A stretch of 64,000 bases of DNA, from positions 251-64,250 of the forward strand of contig DAIDJL010000005.1 in the NCBI GenBank assembly GCA_027450205.1. The letters are read 5' to 3'. This document shows positions 40,522-50,500 of this stretch, piece by piece. The notes beneath the pieces were generated by a model. The model saw nothing but the letters and a program-made list of their open reading frames with translations, was not told the DNA's origin and searched no databases. Every line of letters begins with the position of its first letter. Position 1 is the first letter of the stretch. This stretch comes from Candidatus Parcubacteria bacterium. Its GTDB lineage: Bacteria > Patescibacteriota > Minisyncoccia > UBA6257 > 2-01-FULL-56-20. Made by a program: the position numbers and the translations under genes.

Positions 40522-40542
40522 CGCGGCGCTTCGGCCTATCTC

Positions 40543-42225
40543 TTACTCGCCCTTCCCCCGCAATCGATTCCTCAATTTCTCTTCTTTTGCGAGAATGGCC
40601 TCTTCCGTGCCGCGGCGGGCAAAGCTGTAATCGTTCATATCCACGATCATCGCTTTGCTGATGAGCGGAAGTTTTTCCTTCAGTAACCGAAATTTTTCCT
40701 GCTCAATAAAGCGGTAGTTCGGATGGCCCTGCGGTCCGGTGCGAAGCTCCGCCTCCCAGAAGAACTGGCGCAGGTTCTGGTATTGCTGGAACCGCACGCG
40801 GTACGCAAGCGGGACGACGTATTGCGCGAGTTCCGGAGAAGATGCTTCTAATTTCTTGAATAACGGCACGATCGATTCCAGTGCCGCACGATACCGCTCT
40901 TCAAGTCCGGCCCATGCGATCTCCTGCGGCATATCGTATCCATGGCGCACGCTGAAGAGTTGGCGCTCCTGCGTCATCATGCGATGGCGGTGCAGGTCGC
41001 GATACGCACCGATGTCCATTAAAATATCAAAACGCACATAGCTGTTCTCAAATGCGCGACCCACCTTGTGCCAGCGCGCAGTGCGGCCGTGCATATACGC
41101 ACCAAGCAATTTCTCTTTTTCTTCCGGCAAAAGTTTTTTCGCTTTCATCAGGGACGTTTCCCAGCCTGCATGGCTTGCCGCATAAAGGATCCCCGCAATC
41201 ACTTTTTCTTCCGCATCGGCGTCATATTCCACAAGCTTCACCACCGGCCCCGTCGCGGGTGTCGCCTCATCGGCGGGCACAAGATCTGCGTACGTCGCCT
41301 TTACGAAATCACGCGTGATCTGCATGCGATGCCCCAGATATTCCTGATACTGCTTTGACTTCTCATCCTGCAAACGAAGCAGCAATGACGGGATCTCCTT
41401 ATCCAGTTCCCCTTTCAAGGTATCCGCGATCCACCGGAATTCGCCCAGTTCGTGCGCGGCCATCCGGTTCACCGCATATTCCAGCGCCTGGGCGTTGCCG
41501 CGGAATCCGACCTGGCCAAGCGTTGCCATCGGCAACATGCCGCGCAACGTATCAAACGCCTTCTTCTCGAGCACGCCCTCCTTTTCTTCATAGTTCGCCT
41601 TCAGCCACACCTTTAGCTCCTCAATGAGCGCGGCGTATTCTTCAAAAAGATTATCAAGTGCAGTCTTATATTCCGCGAGTAAGCCCAGCTTCTCAAGATC
41701 CGGCTTTGGCGTGTAATACAGATAATTTCCGCCGATCTTTTTTGCAAAGCTCACATAGCGGGTGGATTTCTCGATCGGTTCCAAGCCGATACGCTGGTCC
41801 TCCAGATACTTCATCGCCACCTGCGAGATGCCCCAGAACGCCACGTGCGTTCCCGTCATCTGCGCGATGGAATCATCGCCGTACTGCGAGAGCCACTTCA
41901 CGTAGAACGACTGCGCGCGCTGATTGTTCAAAATATTCTTGAACCCGTGCGTGTTCAGCGATTCGATCGTCGCCTTCAGCTCCTCGCCAAGCTTCGGATC
42001 GCTGTCAATGATCGGCTTCAGATATTCGTCATGGAGGATGCGCACGAGCGACCCGCTTGCGCGGCTCGCGCGGGAACAGAGCGCGCCCACGATCTCCGGC
42101 GGCAGATTGCGCAGGACGGAAATGAATCCGTCGAGGTCGCTTACGAACGGACCAAGAAGGAATCGCTCCTGGTCGGTCCACTGCTCTGCGGGAAAATCAG
42201 GACGGTATGCTTCGTTCTCTTTCAT
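40543..42225 (-). CDS. thyX: FAD-dependent thymidylate synthase, long (tandem-duplicated) form
   Basis: The ThyX signature RHRMMTQERQ is present. At ~560 aa it is about twice canonical ThyX. It sits in a tmk-thyX-dcd context. The track TTG start was moved to ATG (MKENEAY). Confidence 0.65.
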   Translation of the reverse strand: MKENEAYRPDFPAEQWTDQERFLLGPFVSDLDGFISVLRNLPPEIVGALCSRASRASGSLVRILHDEYLKPIIDSDPKLGEELKATIESLNTHGFKNILNNQRAQSFYVKWLSQYGDDSIAQMTGTHVAFWGISQVAMKYLEDQRIGLEPIEKSTRYVSFAKKIGGNYLYYTPKPDLEKLGLLAEYKTALDNLFEEYAALIEELKVWLKANYEEKEGVLEKKAFDTLRGMLPMATLGQVGFRGNAQALEYAVNRMAAHELGEFRWIADTLKGELDKEIPSLLLRLQDEKSKQYQEYLGHRMQITRDFVKATYADLVPADEATPATGPVVKLVEYDADAEEKVIAGILYAASHAGWETSLMKAKKLLPEEKEKLLGAYMHGRTARWHKVGRAFENSYVRFDILMDIGAYRDLHRHRMMTQERQLFSVRHGYDMPQEIAWAGLEERYRAALESIVPLFKKLEASSPELAQYVVPLAYRVRFQQYQNLRQFFWEAELRTGPQGHPNYRFIEQEKFRLLKEKLPLISKAMIVDMNDYSFARRGTEEAILAKEEKLRNRLRGKGE

Positions 42226-42235
42226 GGGCGCATTT

Positions 42236-42829
42236 TTATTTCCCAAACCTCATCCACTGGTTGTTCTTCTTGAAGTTCTTCCAATACTGCGACGCCTGCG
42301 GTTTCATCGCGCCATAATATTTGCTGCCGAGCGCTTTCTTGCCGTACGGATGATCAGCGGGCGAGGAAAGCGGCGTGAACGACATCTGGGCGATCGGCAT
42401 TTTATAGTAAAGTTTGATCGGCAGCGGTGAAACGTTATGGAGCTCCAGCGTCATCTTAAGCTTGTTGCCCGGATCGAGATAGCCGGCGGTCGCGTGGATG
42501 ATGAGACCGATGCGCCCGAGCGACGACTTGCCTTCCAGGCGTCCCACCATATCATCGCCGACGCCCACCACTTCGTAGATCATGCCGAGCGCGAACTCGC
42601 CGGGATGGATGACGAACTGCTTCTTCTCGTTGATCTCCGCTTTCTCCATGATGTGGTCGATCGGCTCTTTCGGATCGATGCACACCTGGTCGTTCGTGCG
42701 GAACACCAAAAAATCTTTGCCAAGGTGGAGGTCGATGGACGCCGGCTGGATCGCATGCGGGAACAGTGGTTCGACCGAAATCCTTCCGCTTTTGAGTGAT
42801 TTTTTTATGTCGCGGTCGGAGAGGATCAT
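42236..42829 (-). CDS. dcd: dCTP deaminase
   Basis: ILSDRDIKK...GRLEGKSSLGRIGLIIHATAGYLDPG is typical of Dcd/dUTPase-fold proteins. Confidence 0.85.
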   Translation of the reverse strand: MILSDRDIKKSLKSGRISVEPLFPHAIQPASIDLHLGKDFLVFRTNDQVCIDPKEPIDHIMEKAEINEKKQFVIHPGEFALGMIYEVVGVGDDMVGRLEGKSSLGRIGLIIHATAGYLDPGNKLKMTLELHNVSPLPIKLYYKMPIAQMSFTPLSSPADHPYGKKALGSKYYGAMKPQASQYWKNFKKNNQWMRFGK

Positions 42830-42930
42830 TGCTATAGATTGTACTCTATAGAAAAATATCCTGCAAAAACCCCGCCCCCCTGGCCTAACCGGCCACCACT
42901 GGATTTATAACAATATTTCTGCTAGATTCT

Positions 42931-43278
42931 TTGAAGCATTTCCCGGAAAGGATCCCTGAGATCAGTATGCAAATACCATTGAACTATCTCTGCAGCCAGT
43001 GCAAGGCCATATGGTGCCGGCTTTGGTTCATAAATGCACCGATCCACTCCATCAACACCGCACTTTTCTGCGTAAACTGCGCCGAAAAGAATGAAAAAAG
43101 AAACCACGGCTTTTTTTGGAAAAGCGACCGCAGGAAAGGGAAAGGCGACACCATCGGGCAATACGTTCCCGCCCTTCCCACGGGAGACAGGTCCGGATAT
43201 TGGGATTTCCACAATGCCCCGCCCGAAGCGCACGCATGGTGGAAAAGCCTCCGGGAGAATCCCCGAAGTTCAAACTAA
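42931..43278 (+). CDS. small Cys-rich hypothetical protein (possible zinc ribbon)
   Basis: It has CSQCK...CVNCAEK Cys pairs and is followed by a strong intrinsic terminator. Confidence 0.3.
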   Translation: MKHFPERIPEISMQIPLNYLCSQCKAIWCRLWFINAPIHSINTALFCVNCAEKNEKRNHGFFWKSDRRKGKGDTIGQYVPALPTGDRSGYWDFHNAPPEAHAWWKSLRENPRSSN

Positions 43279-43294
43279 GCCGTTTCGCGCCATC

Positions 43295-43345
43295 CCCCGG
43301 ACGACAAAACCATTTCGTCCGGGGGATTTTTACTATAAATTTTTT
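43295..43345 (+). terminator. rho-independent terminator
   Basis: CCCCCGGACG-acaaaaccatttc-GTCCGGGGG is followed by ATTTTTACT. Confidence 0.55.
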
Positions 43346-43852
43346 CTGTCGATGAGCGGGTAAGGGGAGTCGGACCCCTGTCGTCTGATTGGCAACCAGA
43401 TGTAATACCGTTATACGATACCCGCTTTACGGATTCATTATATAGAGCTCCGCAAAAAAATCAATCTCACCGCGGCCTCTTTTGCTGCTGTTGTGCCCCT
43501 GAACGAAAGATACATCGAACTTCAGACGCACCCGTCGCGCAACTCATCTCGCGGCTCTGTGAGTACTTTACGCAGAACCCCGGCACACTCGACTTCTCGA
43601 TTATGGACTTGTGATCCGTAGTTTTGAAGACGCGTTTTCCCCTCGTGAGGGAGGGGCCCACGCCCGCAGCAATGCGAGCGTGGATCGGTGTGCATAAGTA
43701 GACCACCATGTCTTCCCCACGTGATTCAAGGTGCATGGCTGGGCAGCTGCTGACTCGTTCCTCGCTACAATAAACTGCTCAAAGTAACTCGCAATTCGAC
43801 AAACTCACACTACGTTAGTGACTTAGTCGCTTGTTTGTGGTACTGTGCGCGC

Positions 43853-44275
43853 ATGGGGAAGGTCGAATCAGGAGAGAACAAGCGGAAGCACCTTGAGTTT
43901 ATCCAAGGCGTGATCAACCGCATGGCGGGCAATTTGTTCTTTTTGAAGGGATGGGCGATCACTTTGATCGCGGGTCTTTTTGCCTTGGCCGCCAAGGACG
44001 CCAATACCAAATTCTTTGCCCTCGCCTTCGGGGTGGCGGTCGTGCTTTGGGCGCTCGATGGGTATTTCCTGAGGCAGGAGCGCCTGTTCAGGAGCCTCTA
44101 TGACCACGTGAGAAATCTTGACGAAATGGAGATCGATTTTTCGCAGGATACCCGTCCATTCAAGAGAGAACCAAAGAACAAATGGTATCGATGCGTCATC
44201 TCCGCATCACTACTTTTGTTTTACGTACCACTCCTTAGTCTCATGATCTTCGTGATGAGGTTCTTGAGCAGTTAA
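43853..44275 (+). CDS. small multi-pass membrane protein (candidate pore/effector of the adjacent TIR module)
   Basis: Has 2-3 predicted TM helices (AITLIAGLFALAA; FALAFGVAVVLWALDGYFL; VISASLLLFYVPLLSLMIFV). The start was moved from the TTG to ATG (MGKVESG). It lies 2 nt upstream of the first TIR-like gene. Confidence 0.45.
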   Translation: MGKVESGENKRKHLEFIQGVINRMAGNLFFLKGWAITLIAGLFALAAKDANTKFFALAFGVAVVLWALDGYFLRQERLFRSLYDHVRNLDEMEIDFSQDTRPFKREPKNKWYRCVISASLLLFYVPLLSLMIFVMRFLSS

Positions 44276-44277
44276 CG

Positions 44278-44970
44278 ATGCCCAGGTCAATCTTTGTCAG
44301 CTACAAATACGGTGATGCGGATGTGCAGGCTCTGAGGCCGTCGGGAGGCGGGCTCGTTTCCTTGGTCCCCACTACGGCACGCCATTACGTTGACGAACTC
44401 ACGCGATGGCTGGACGCGAATGACCATATCTATAAAGGCGAGAACGACGGAGAAAGCCTCGCTGGATTCAAAAACGAGACCATCGAGTCGAAGCTGCGGG
44501 ACAAGATTTTCGGTACGAGCATCACCATTGTCCTCATTTCGAAAAACATGAAAGACCCGTCGATGCTCGAAGAGGATCAATGGATTCCGTGGGAGATTTC
44601 GTACTCGCTGAAGGAAATGACAAAGAATAACAGGACGAGCAGGACGAACGGCATGCTGGCCGTCGTACTGCCAGATCGCAACGGGAGCTACGACTACTTC
44701 GTGAAAACGATTTGCCAAAATGGCTGCATGACCTGGTACACAAGTTCAACCTTTGGCATCATTTCGAAAAATATGTTCAACCGCAAAAGCCCTGATACGT
44801 TTTTCTGCACGAACCATCCCAACTCAGGCCGCGTCCACAGGGGCACCAATCATTCATACATCTATCCGGTGAAATGGGACGATTTCATCACAAATATGAA
44901 TTGGTACATCAATATCGCGGCCCAGATGAGCCAGAAAGTGAACGACTTCGAAATCACGAAGACGAATTGA
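44278..44970 (+). CDS. TIR-like domain protein (DUF1863-like)
   Basis: The N-terminal beta-strand SIFVSYKYGD is like TIR (hFhSYxxxD). The second strand is TIVLISKN. Confidence 0.45.
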   Translation: MPRSIFVSYKYGDADVQALRPSGGGLVSLVPTTARHYVDELTRWLDANDHIYKGENDGESLAGFKNETIESKLRDKIFGTSITIVLISKNMKDPSMLEEDQWIPWEISYSLKEMTKNNRTSRTNGMLAVVLPDRNGSYDYFVKTICQNGCMTWYTSSTFGIISKNMFNRKSPDTFFCTNHPNSGRVHRGTNHSYIYPVKWDDFITNMNWYINIAAQMSQKVNDFEITKTN

Positions 44971-44975
44971 TTGCC

Positions 44976-45467
44976 ATGGCGCGCAGAGTTTTCTTCAGTT
45001 TCCATTTCGAGAGGGACATCTGGCGGGCCAGCCAGGTGCGTAATAGTTGGGTTACCAAGCCAGACCGCGAGGAGGCAGGCTTTTGGGATGCCGCGGAATG
45101 GGAGAAGGTCAAGAAGGAAGGTGATGAGGCCATCAAGCGCTGGATCAATAAACAGCTCGATGGAACCTCGGTCACTGTCGTCCTTATTGGCGCGGAGGCC
45201 TCAAATCGCGAGTGGGTCAAATACGAGGTCAAGAGGAGTTATGAACGCGGCAATGGCATGCTTGGAATTTACATCCACAACATGAAGGACCAGAGCGGGA
45301 ATAAGGATAAGGCTGGTGACAGCCTTTTCGGCGAACTTGGCAAAGATAGGTCCGGCGATCCCGTCTATTTCTTCCAGCACTACCCGACTTACGACTGGAT
45401 CAACGATGACGGCTACAACAAGTTGGGAGAGTGGGTGGAAAAGGCTGCTAAGAAAGCCGGGAAATAG
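44976..45467 (+). CDS. ThsB-like TIR domain protein
   Basis: The start was moved to MARRVFFSFHFERDIWRASQVRNSWVTK. Downstream motifs are TSVTVVLIGAEASNREWVKYEV, GMLGIYIH and YDWINDDGYNKLGEWV. It resembles Thoeris ThsB from memory only, not verified. Confidence 0.55.
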   Translation: MARRVFFSFHFERDIWRASQVRNSWVTKPDREEAGFWDAAEWEKVKKEGDEAIKRWINKQLDGTSVTVVLIGAEASNREWVKYEVKRSYERGNGMLGIYIHNMKDQSGNKDKAGDSLFGELGKDRSGDPVYFFQHYPTYDWINDDGYNKLGEWVEKAAKKAGK

Positions 45468-45747
45468 TACACAGGGTGGTCTGAGTCGGATTCGGTCACG
45501 AAAACTCAGCGCAGCAGTTTTCATCTTTCGCGACCGCCCTCAACACCTCATCCAGAGCATACCCACAGAAGAAGCCTCAGATTAGCAGGAGTTCCCGAGG
45601 CCGCACTGATCCCCGCTGGGGAATACCGCACAGAATGCCTGGAAAACTTGCTGTTTAGCGCAGGTTCTCGCGTCTTGAGTGCATCCGTGTTCACGCTACC
45701 CTTAAAGCAAAGGTCGCAAAAGCAGAGGTCTTTGACAGCTCGCACAT

Positions 45748-46113
45748 ATGGAGTCCCAACCTGCGGCAAGCTACCTCCGGATGTACCGCAAAAAGTCCGG
45801 GCTCAGCCAGCGTGAATTGGCAGAGGTGCTCGGACTGATCACGGAATGGCGCATATCTGAGCATGAACGGTCGATCACGGTCCCGCGCCTCCTTACCGCG
45901 ATCAGTTACGAGGTCGTCTTCAATGCTCCGCTTGCTAAGTTGTTCCCCGGAATCTATGAGACCGTCCGAGGAAACATCGAGTCCCGATTGGCAGAACTTG
46001 AGTCCCGGCTGCAGGAGAGCGATGCCAAAGGGCGCGCCGCAATACCGATCGCTCGGAAGCTGGAATGGATTTGCGAACGAAAGAATCTTGCAGCCGACGA
46101 AGTCCCCGCGTAA
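45748..46113 (+). CDS. XRE-family helix-turn-helix transcriptional regulator
   Basis: The HTH is LRMYRKKSGLSQRELAEVLGLITEWRISEHER. Confidence 0.6.
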   Translation: MESQPAASYLRMYRKKSGLSQRELAEVLGLITEWRISEHERSITVPRLLTAISYEVVFNAPLAKLFPGIYETVRGNIESRLAELESRLQESDAKGRAAIPIARKLEWICERKNLAADEVPA

Positions 46114-46142
46114 CGCTCGGGATCAATAGCCGCATTTTGGCG

Positions 46143-46622
46143 ATGGAACTTCGCTTTCGCCGGTGTGGCTTCGCCGCGATGGAGGTACCGAGAGAGCTGC
46201 TCGATACCGGGGTGAGAACGTTTCGTTCTGCGGCCGAGATCGCCGGAGTGCTCGGGCCCCTCGTCAAGCTCTTCGCCCCTTCGGTGATCGTTATCAAGGT
46301 CGCCGCTCACCATGACAAGCGCTATCGCGATGGCATGGTTGCCAACGTCAGGCGTCTCCGTCAAGAGGCGTCCGCGCATTCCATTCCGGTTGATCGCATA
46401 TCTGCGGATTGGGTACGCAGCGCGCTTGGCGGGAGTGCGATGAACAAAGAACAGATCGCCCGAATGTTGATCCGGACCTTCCCCGCGCTTGGTTGGAAAT
46501 TGCCGCCCACGCGTGAGCGCAAGCCGTGGGTCAGCGAAGGATGGAATATGGCGATCTTCGACGCCGTCGCCATCGGGCTCGCATATCTTGAAAATGCACC
46601 GGTGGACGTGCCGGGATGTTGA
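46143..46622 (+). CDS. hypothetical protein
   Basis: A 160-aa ORF after the HTH gene with no recognisable motif. The start was chosen at the ATG after the HTH stop. Confidence 0.3.
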   Translation: MELRFRRCGFAAMEVPRELLDTGVRTFRSAAEIAGVLGPLVKLFAPSVIVIKVAAHHDKRYRDGMVANVRRLRQEASAHSIPVDRISADWVRSALGGSAMNKEQIARMLIRTFPALGWKLPPTRERKPWVSEGWNMAIFDAVAIGLAYLENAPVDVPGC

Positions 46623-46748
46623 ACCACGCCGGTAGATGGAACCCTTTCGCCGGTCCCTCCTCAGTTGGCCTAGGAAATTGCGATTCCGCCAAATGAAATA
46701 ACAATGAGGGACCGACGAAAGGGCTTGGACTGCGTTCTTAGCCGATGG

Positions 46749-47516
46749 CTACGGCATCGGCTCATCGTCCGACAAGCGAATGGCATCCAAGTTTTCGATC
46801 AGTATTTCGAACGCGAATTTGCCGAGGTACCATGCGCCTTGATTGAACTTGAATGCCGAGACTCCATACTCCTCGCATGCCCTTAAGATGTTCTCCCGGA
46901 CCATCTCTTCCGACAATTTCTCGTCGCCGATGATGCCGATCGAGAAGGCGACTCGACGGACCCAAACGTCGATTGGCTGGAGGAACCCGAGGTCGTCCTG
47001 TCGCAGCGCATCTTCGAGGTCGTAGAGGTCAACCAGGTCTCGCAAGTAGAACGAGGCAATCTTCGGGCCGATCTGCGTGATACCCATCAGGGCGTCATAG
47101 AGGTTTCGGACGTTGCCGCGCCTGATCTCTGCAATGCTGTACCGCGTCAGATTTTCGTCAGGTAGTCCTTTGACGAACTGCAGGATTCCGACGATCATCT
47201 GTACATCTCTCGCCTTCCCAATCTTGCCCTTGCCGATGACCGTGGAAAGGTCGGAAGAAACGGCATTGAGATCACACCTCGCGAGCGTTGCGAAATCGGT
47301 GTTTTTGAAATGCGCATCAAGCACCGGCATTGCCGCCTTTTCCACTTCCTCAGACACTTCATCCCGTCTTCCCTGGTAAAAGGAGTGCGAGAGAAGGAGC
47401 GAAAGGCCGCCGTACCAATTGGCCTCGAGGCTGGCAGTGGGAAAGTCGCGCGCAAGGATTACCGTCTTGTAACGGTCCCCGAAGCGCACTATCTGATTCA
47501 TCAATCGCCCATTCAT
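46749..47516 (-). CDS. HhH-GPD superfamily DNA glycosylase-like protein
   Basis: The HhH is LMGITQIGPKIASFYLRDL. It is followed by LQPIDVWVRRVAFSIGI, matching the FPVDTHVxRVxxRLG catalytic-Asp region of Nth/AlkA-type glycosylases. There is no C-terminal Fe-S Cys cluster. The track TTG start was moved to ATG. Confidence 0.5.
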   Translation of the reverse strand: MNGRLMNQIVRFGDRYKTVILARDFPTASLEANWYGGLSLLLSHSFYQGRRDEVSEEVEKAAMPVLDAHFKNTDFATLARCDLNAVSSDLSTVIGKGKIGKARDVQMIVGILQFVKGLPDENLTRYSIAEIRRGNVRNLYDALMGITQIGPKIASFYLRDLVDLYDLEDALRQDDLGFLQPIDVWVRRVAFSIGIIGDEKLSEEMVRENILRACEEYGVSAFKFNQGAWYLGKFAFEILIENLDAIRLSDDEPMP

Positions 47517-47588
47517 AACCGATTGCGCCCGTCCTCCAACTTCTCCGTTGACCTCCAATTCTATGCGGACCGATCTGGTGGTCGAGGT

Positions 47589-50500
47589 TCAGTGCTCCGC
47601 AATCCACGCCCGTGTGAGGGGGCCGAAGTAGCCGGTGGCAGGGATGCCATGGGAGGCCTGAAACTTCTCCAAGGCGAGCTTCGTGTCCATGCCGAAGTAT
47701 TCCGTCTCGTAGCCTAGGGAACCGGCATATGTGGGGACGGAGACTACTGGGAAGCCGTTGGTGTTGAGGTAGTGCTGGAGGCTACGCACCTCAGGGTCCC
47801 GCATGCCGAGGAAGAGGTTTTTCGTGAAGCTCGGGGTCCCTCCACAGAGGGAGGATGCTGATGCGGAGATCGCGATTCCTTTGGTCTCCGCCTCCGTTAC
47901 AAGGGAACAGAGGGCATTGACCAGCATGGTGAGGGTGAGGAGCGGAGAGGAGGAGGACGAGACGATCGTGGAGGAGCTCACGATAAGAAGGGCGCCGTTT
48001 CCTGAAGAGGAAGAGGATGCCGTGGAGGAGGAGGGCGCGGGGGCGAAGTAGGAGCCACCACCACCCGATGAATAGACGATGCCTCCTCCAGTTCCTCCAC
48101 CACTAGTCGCTTTGGAGCTCTTCGAAATCACATAAATATGGACCGCCGAGTCGCTAAAGGTGTCCGTGAAGACGCCGTTCGTCACAGGCACCGAGCGGCT
48201 TTCGTTGTATACTACGGCGTCGCCGGTCGGATTGGCACCGTTGATCGTAATCGTCGTCGAGAGCGGCGTACTGCTCTCGTTAACGTCGGTGAGGCGCGCA
48301 GCGAACACATAGATGTTGTTCGCATCCTCACGCACCATGACATCCACACGGTTGTCAGCGCTATCTCCGGTGCGATTCGTTGACACCGAAAGGGTCGTGC
48401 TGCTCAGGATGACGCTCGAGAAATGCTCCGTGTCCGTCACGAACTGAGAGAGGACGCTATAATCCTGCGGAGTCTCATCGGTCCATCCTGCAGGGCCCCA
48501 CCAAGAGACGCCCTTCATACCGTGGATGACCGCAAGCCATGCCTCCATGTTTACCTGCGCCGCGGTTGGACCATATCCGGAGCACGGTTGCGAACTATCG
48601 CAAAGACCAGCTTCGATGAATGCAATCCGCGGTACCAGATTGTAGGTGTAAGCCGCGATCGCGTCCCAATTGGTCACTTCGTCAGCGACCGTCCATCCGC
48701 TCGTTTGGTAAATAAATGGATAAATATCCGAGGCATACACATCAGTGAACATCGGGGTGCTGTTTGGAACGATTGAAAAATACCAACCGTTCTGGCGATC
48801 GGCTATGGGATAATAGCCCGCCAAGTTTGTGACAACTGGATGGTTGGGGTCATTCTCGTTCGTTGCCTGCGTAAGGGCAAGCATCCTACTTGGCAACACA
48901 TGCCCTGGCGTGGGACCAATATCTGGTTCATCCATCCATGTCCACATGAACAAATTCGGATTGCTGCGATCATTATTCACATAGCTGATGGTGGTAGTTA
49001 CGGCATTTGGATCGTTCGCGGCATATGTTGAGGAGGTTTGTCCGGTCCAATTCCCATCTGGACCGATAAATGGCGCTCCTACTGTGTCCATGCAGGTATT
49101 GAATTCGGTGTAGTTATACGCATAATTATTCTCCCAACAATCGCTCCATCCATAAGCGTTCACCGATGAGCTCGCAAGCCATTGATTAACCCATGCAGCG
49201 CTCCCATCGATAAAAGGAGTGACGGGGAAATAAGGCTGTCCGTTGAGGTAGATGTCATTGTTAGCGTCAATGTAGACGCCACTCGGCAGACCGTTTGTGT
49301 ACTTTGTGATTGTCCCATTGTAGACGGCTTTCTGCGTGCCGTTCGCGTTCTCCAGTTGGACCTCGAAGGAATGATTGCCCGCGGCAAGCGAACTTACGTC
49401 GACCGAGAGCCGCTCATGGTTCGTCATCGAACCGTTTTGCGTATAGACCCTGGTGCCGTCAATGCTTGCAGTGAGAATATCGGTGGGCGACTCCCCCCAC
49501 ATCGTCACGTCAATGGGGATGGCGCTTCGGTCTGCTGCATCGGGATAGCGGACGGTGATATTGGCGGTGGGTGTAGCAATCGGCGCATTTGAAAGGTCGA
49601 AGTCGTCGAAATATGCCGATCCGGTTTGCGTCCCGTCAGCATCATCGAATCCAAGGTAGACCCGCGTAAAGGGGCCAGCGATAGTTTGACCCGCTAGATA
49701 GATATCCTGCGCTCCATCGAGGATCACCGATTCGATCCCATCCCCACTCCCCGCAACCGTATGCACCTCAACAGAATGCCACGCCCCTTTCGAGACGGCA
49801 ATCGCCCCCCTATTGCCATTGCTGTCCTGAAGATAAAACGAGCCTCCACTGCAGGCCAACCATAATTGCGTGGTTCCCTCATAGATCACGACCGGATTCG
49901 TTTCGGTGTATGCAGGATCAATATAGAAGTAGAAGCGGGCATAAAGGGCCGTGGAGGTGGGTATGTTTTCGAGAAGTTTTACAGAGCCGCCACTGACAGG
50001 CAGGGTTGCTCTGAATGAATACTGGCCCGAATGGACAGTCGAAGTGGATATCGCATACTCGCCATTCAAATAGACGGCATCCGAAGTAGTGGCCGATCCC
50101 GTGCCTGACCAAGCACTGAAGTCGCCCGTTTCAAAATCATCAAAGAAAAGAATGCTGGAACTCGGCGTGGTTACCTGGATACTAGTGGAAGTGACCGATG
50201 CCAGTCCCGAGGTATCGAATGCCTGGACAGAATATGTATAGGTCGTACTTGCGGTGACGCTCGTGTCGATAAAAGTTGGAATCGACGAAGAGGCAATGCT
50301 CGAGGTAGGCGTACAGGAACCTATACATCGAAAGATAGTGTATCCCCCGAGGCCGGGACCCGAAGGATCGGTAGAGGTCGCCCATGAAAGATTGACGGTG
50401 CCCGCGTCCATTGCTGCGCCCACAACGCTCGTGGGGGTGGTAGGCGGTATGCTGTCGATCGTAACCGTCTGGGTCGAGGTTGCGCTACCACCGGGGTTTG

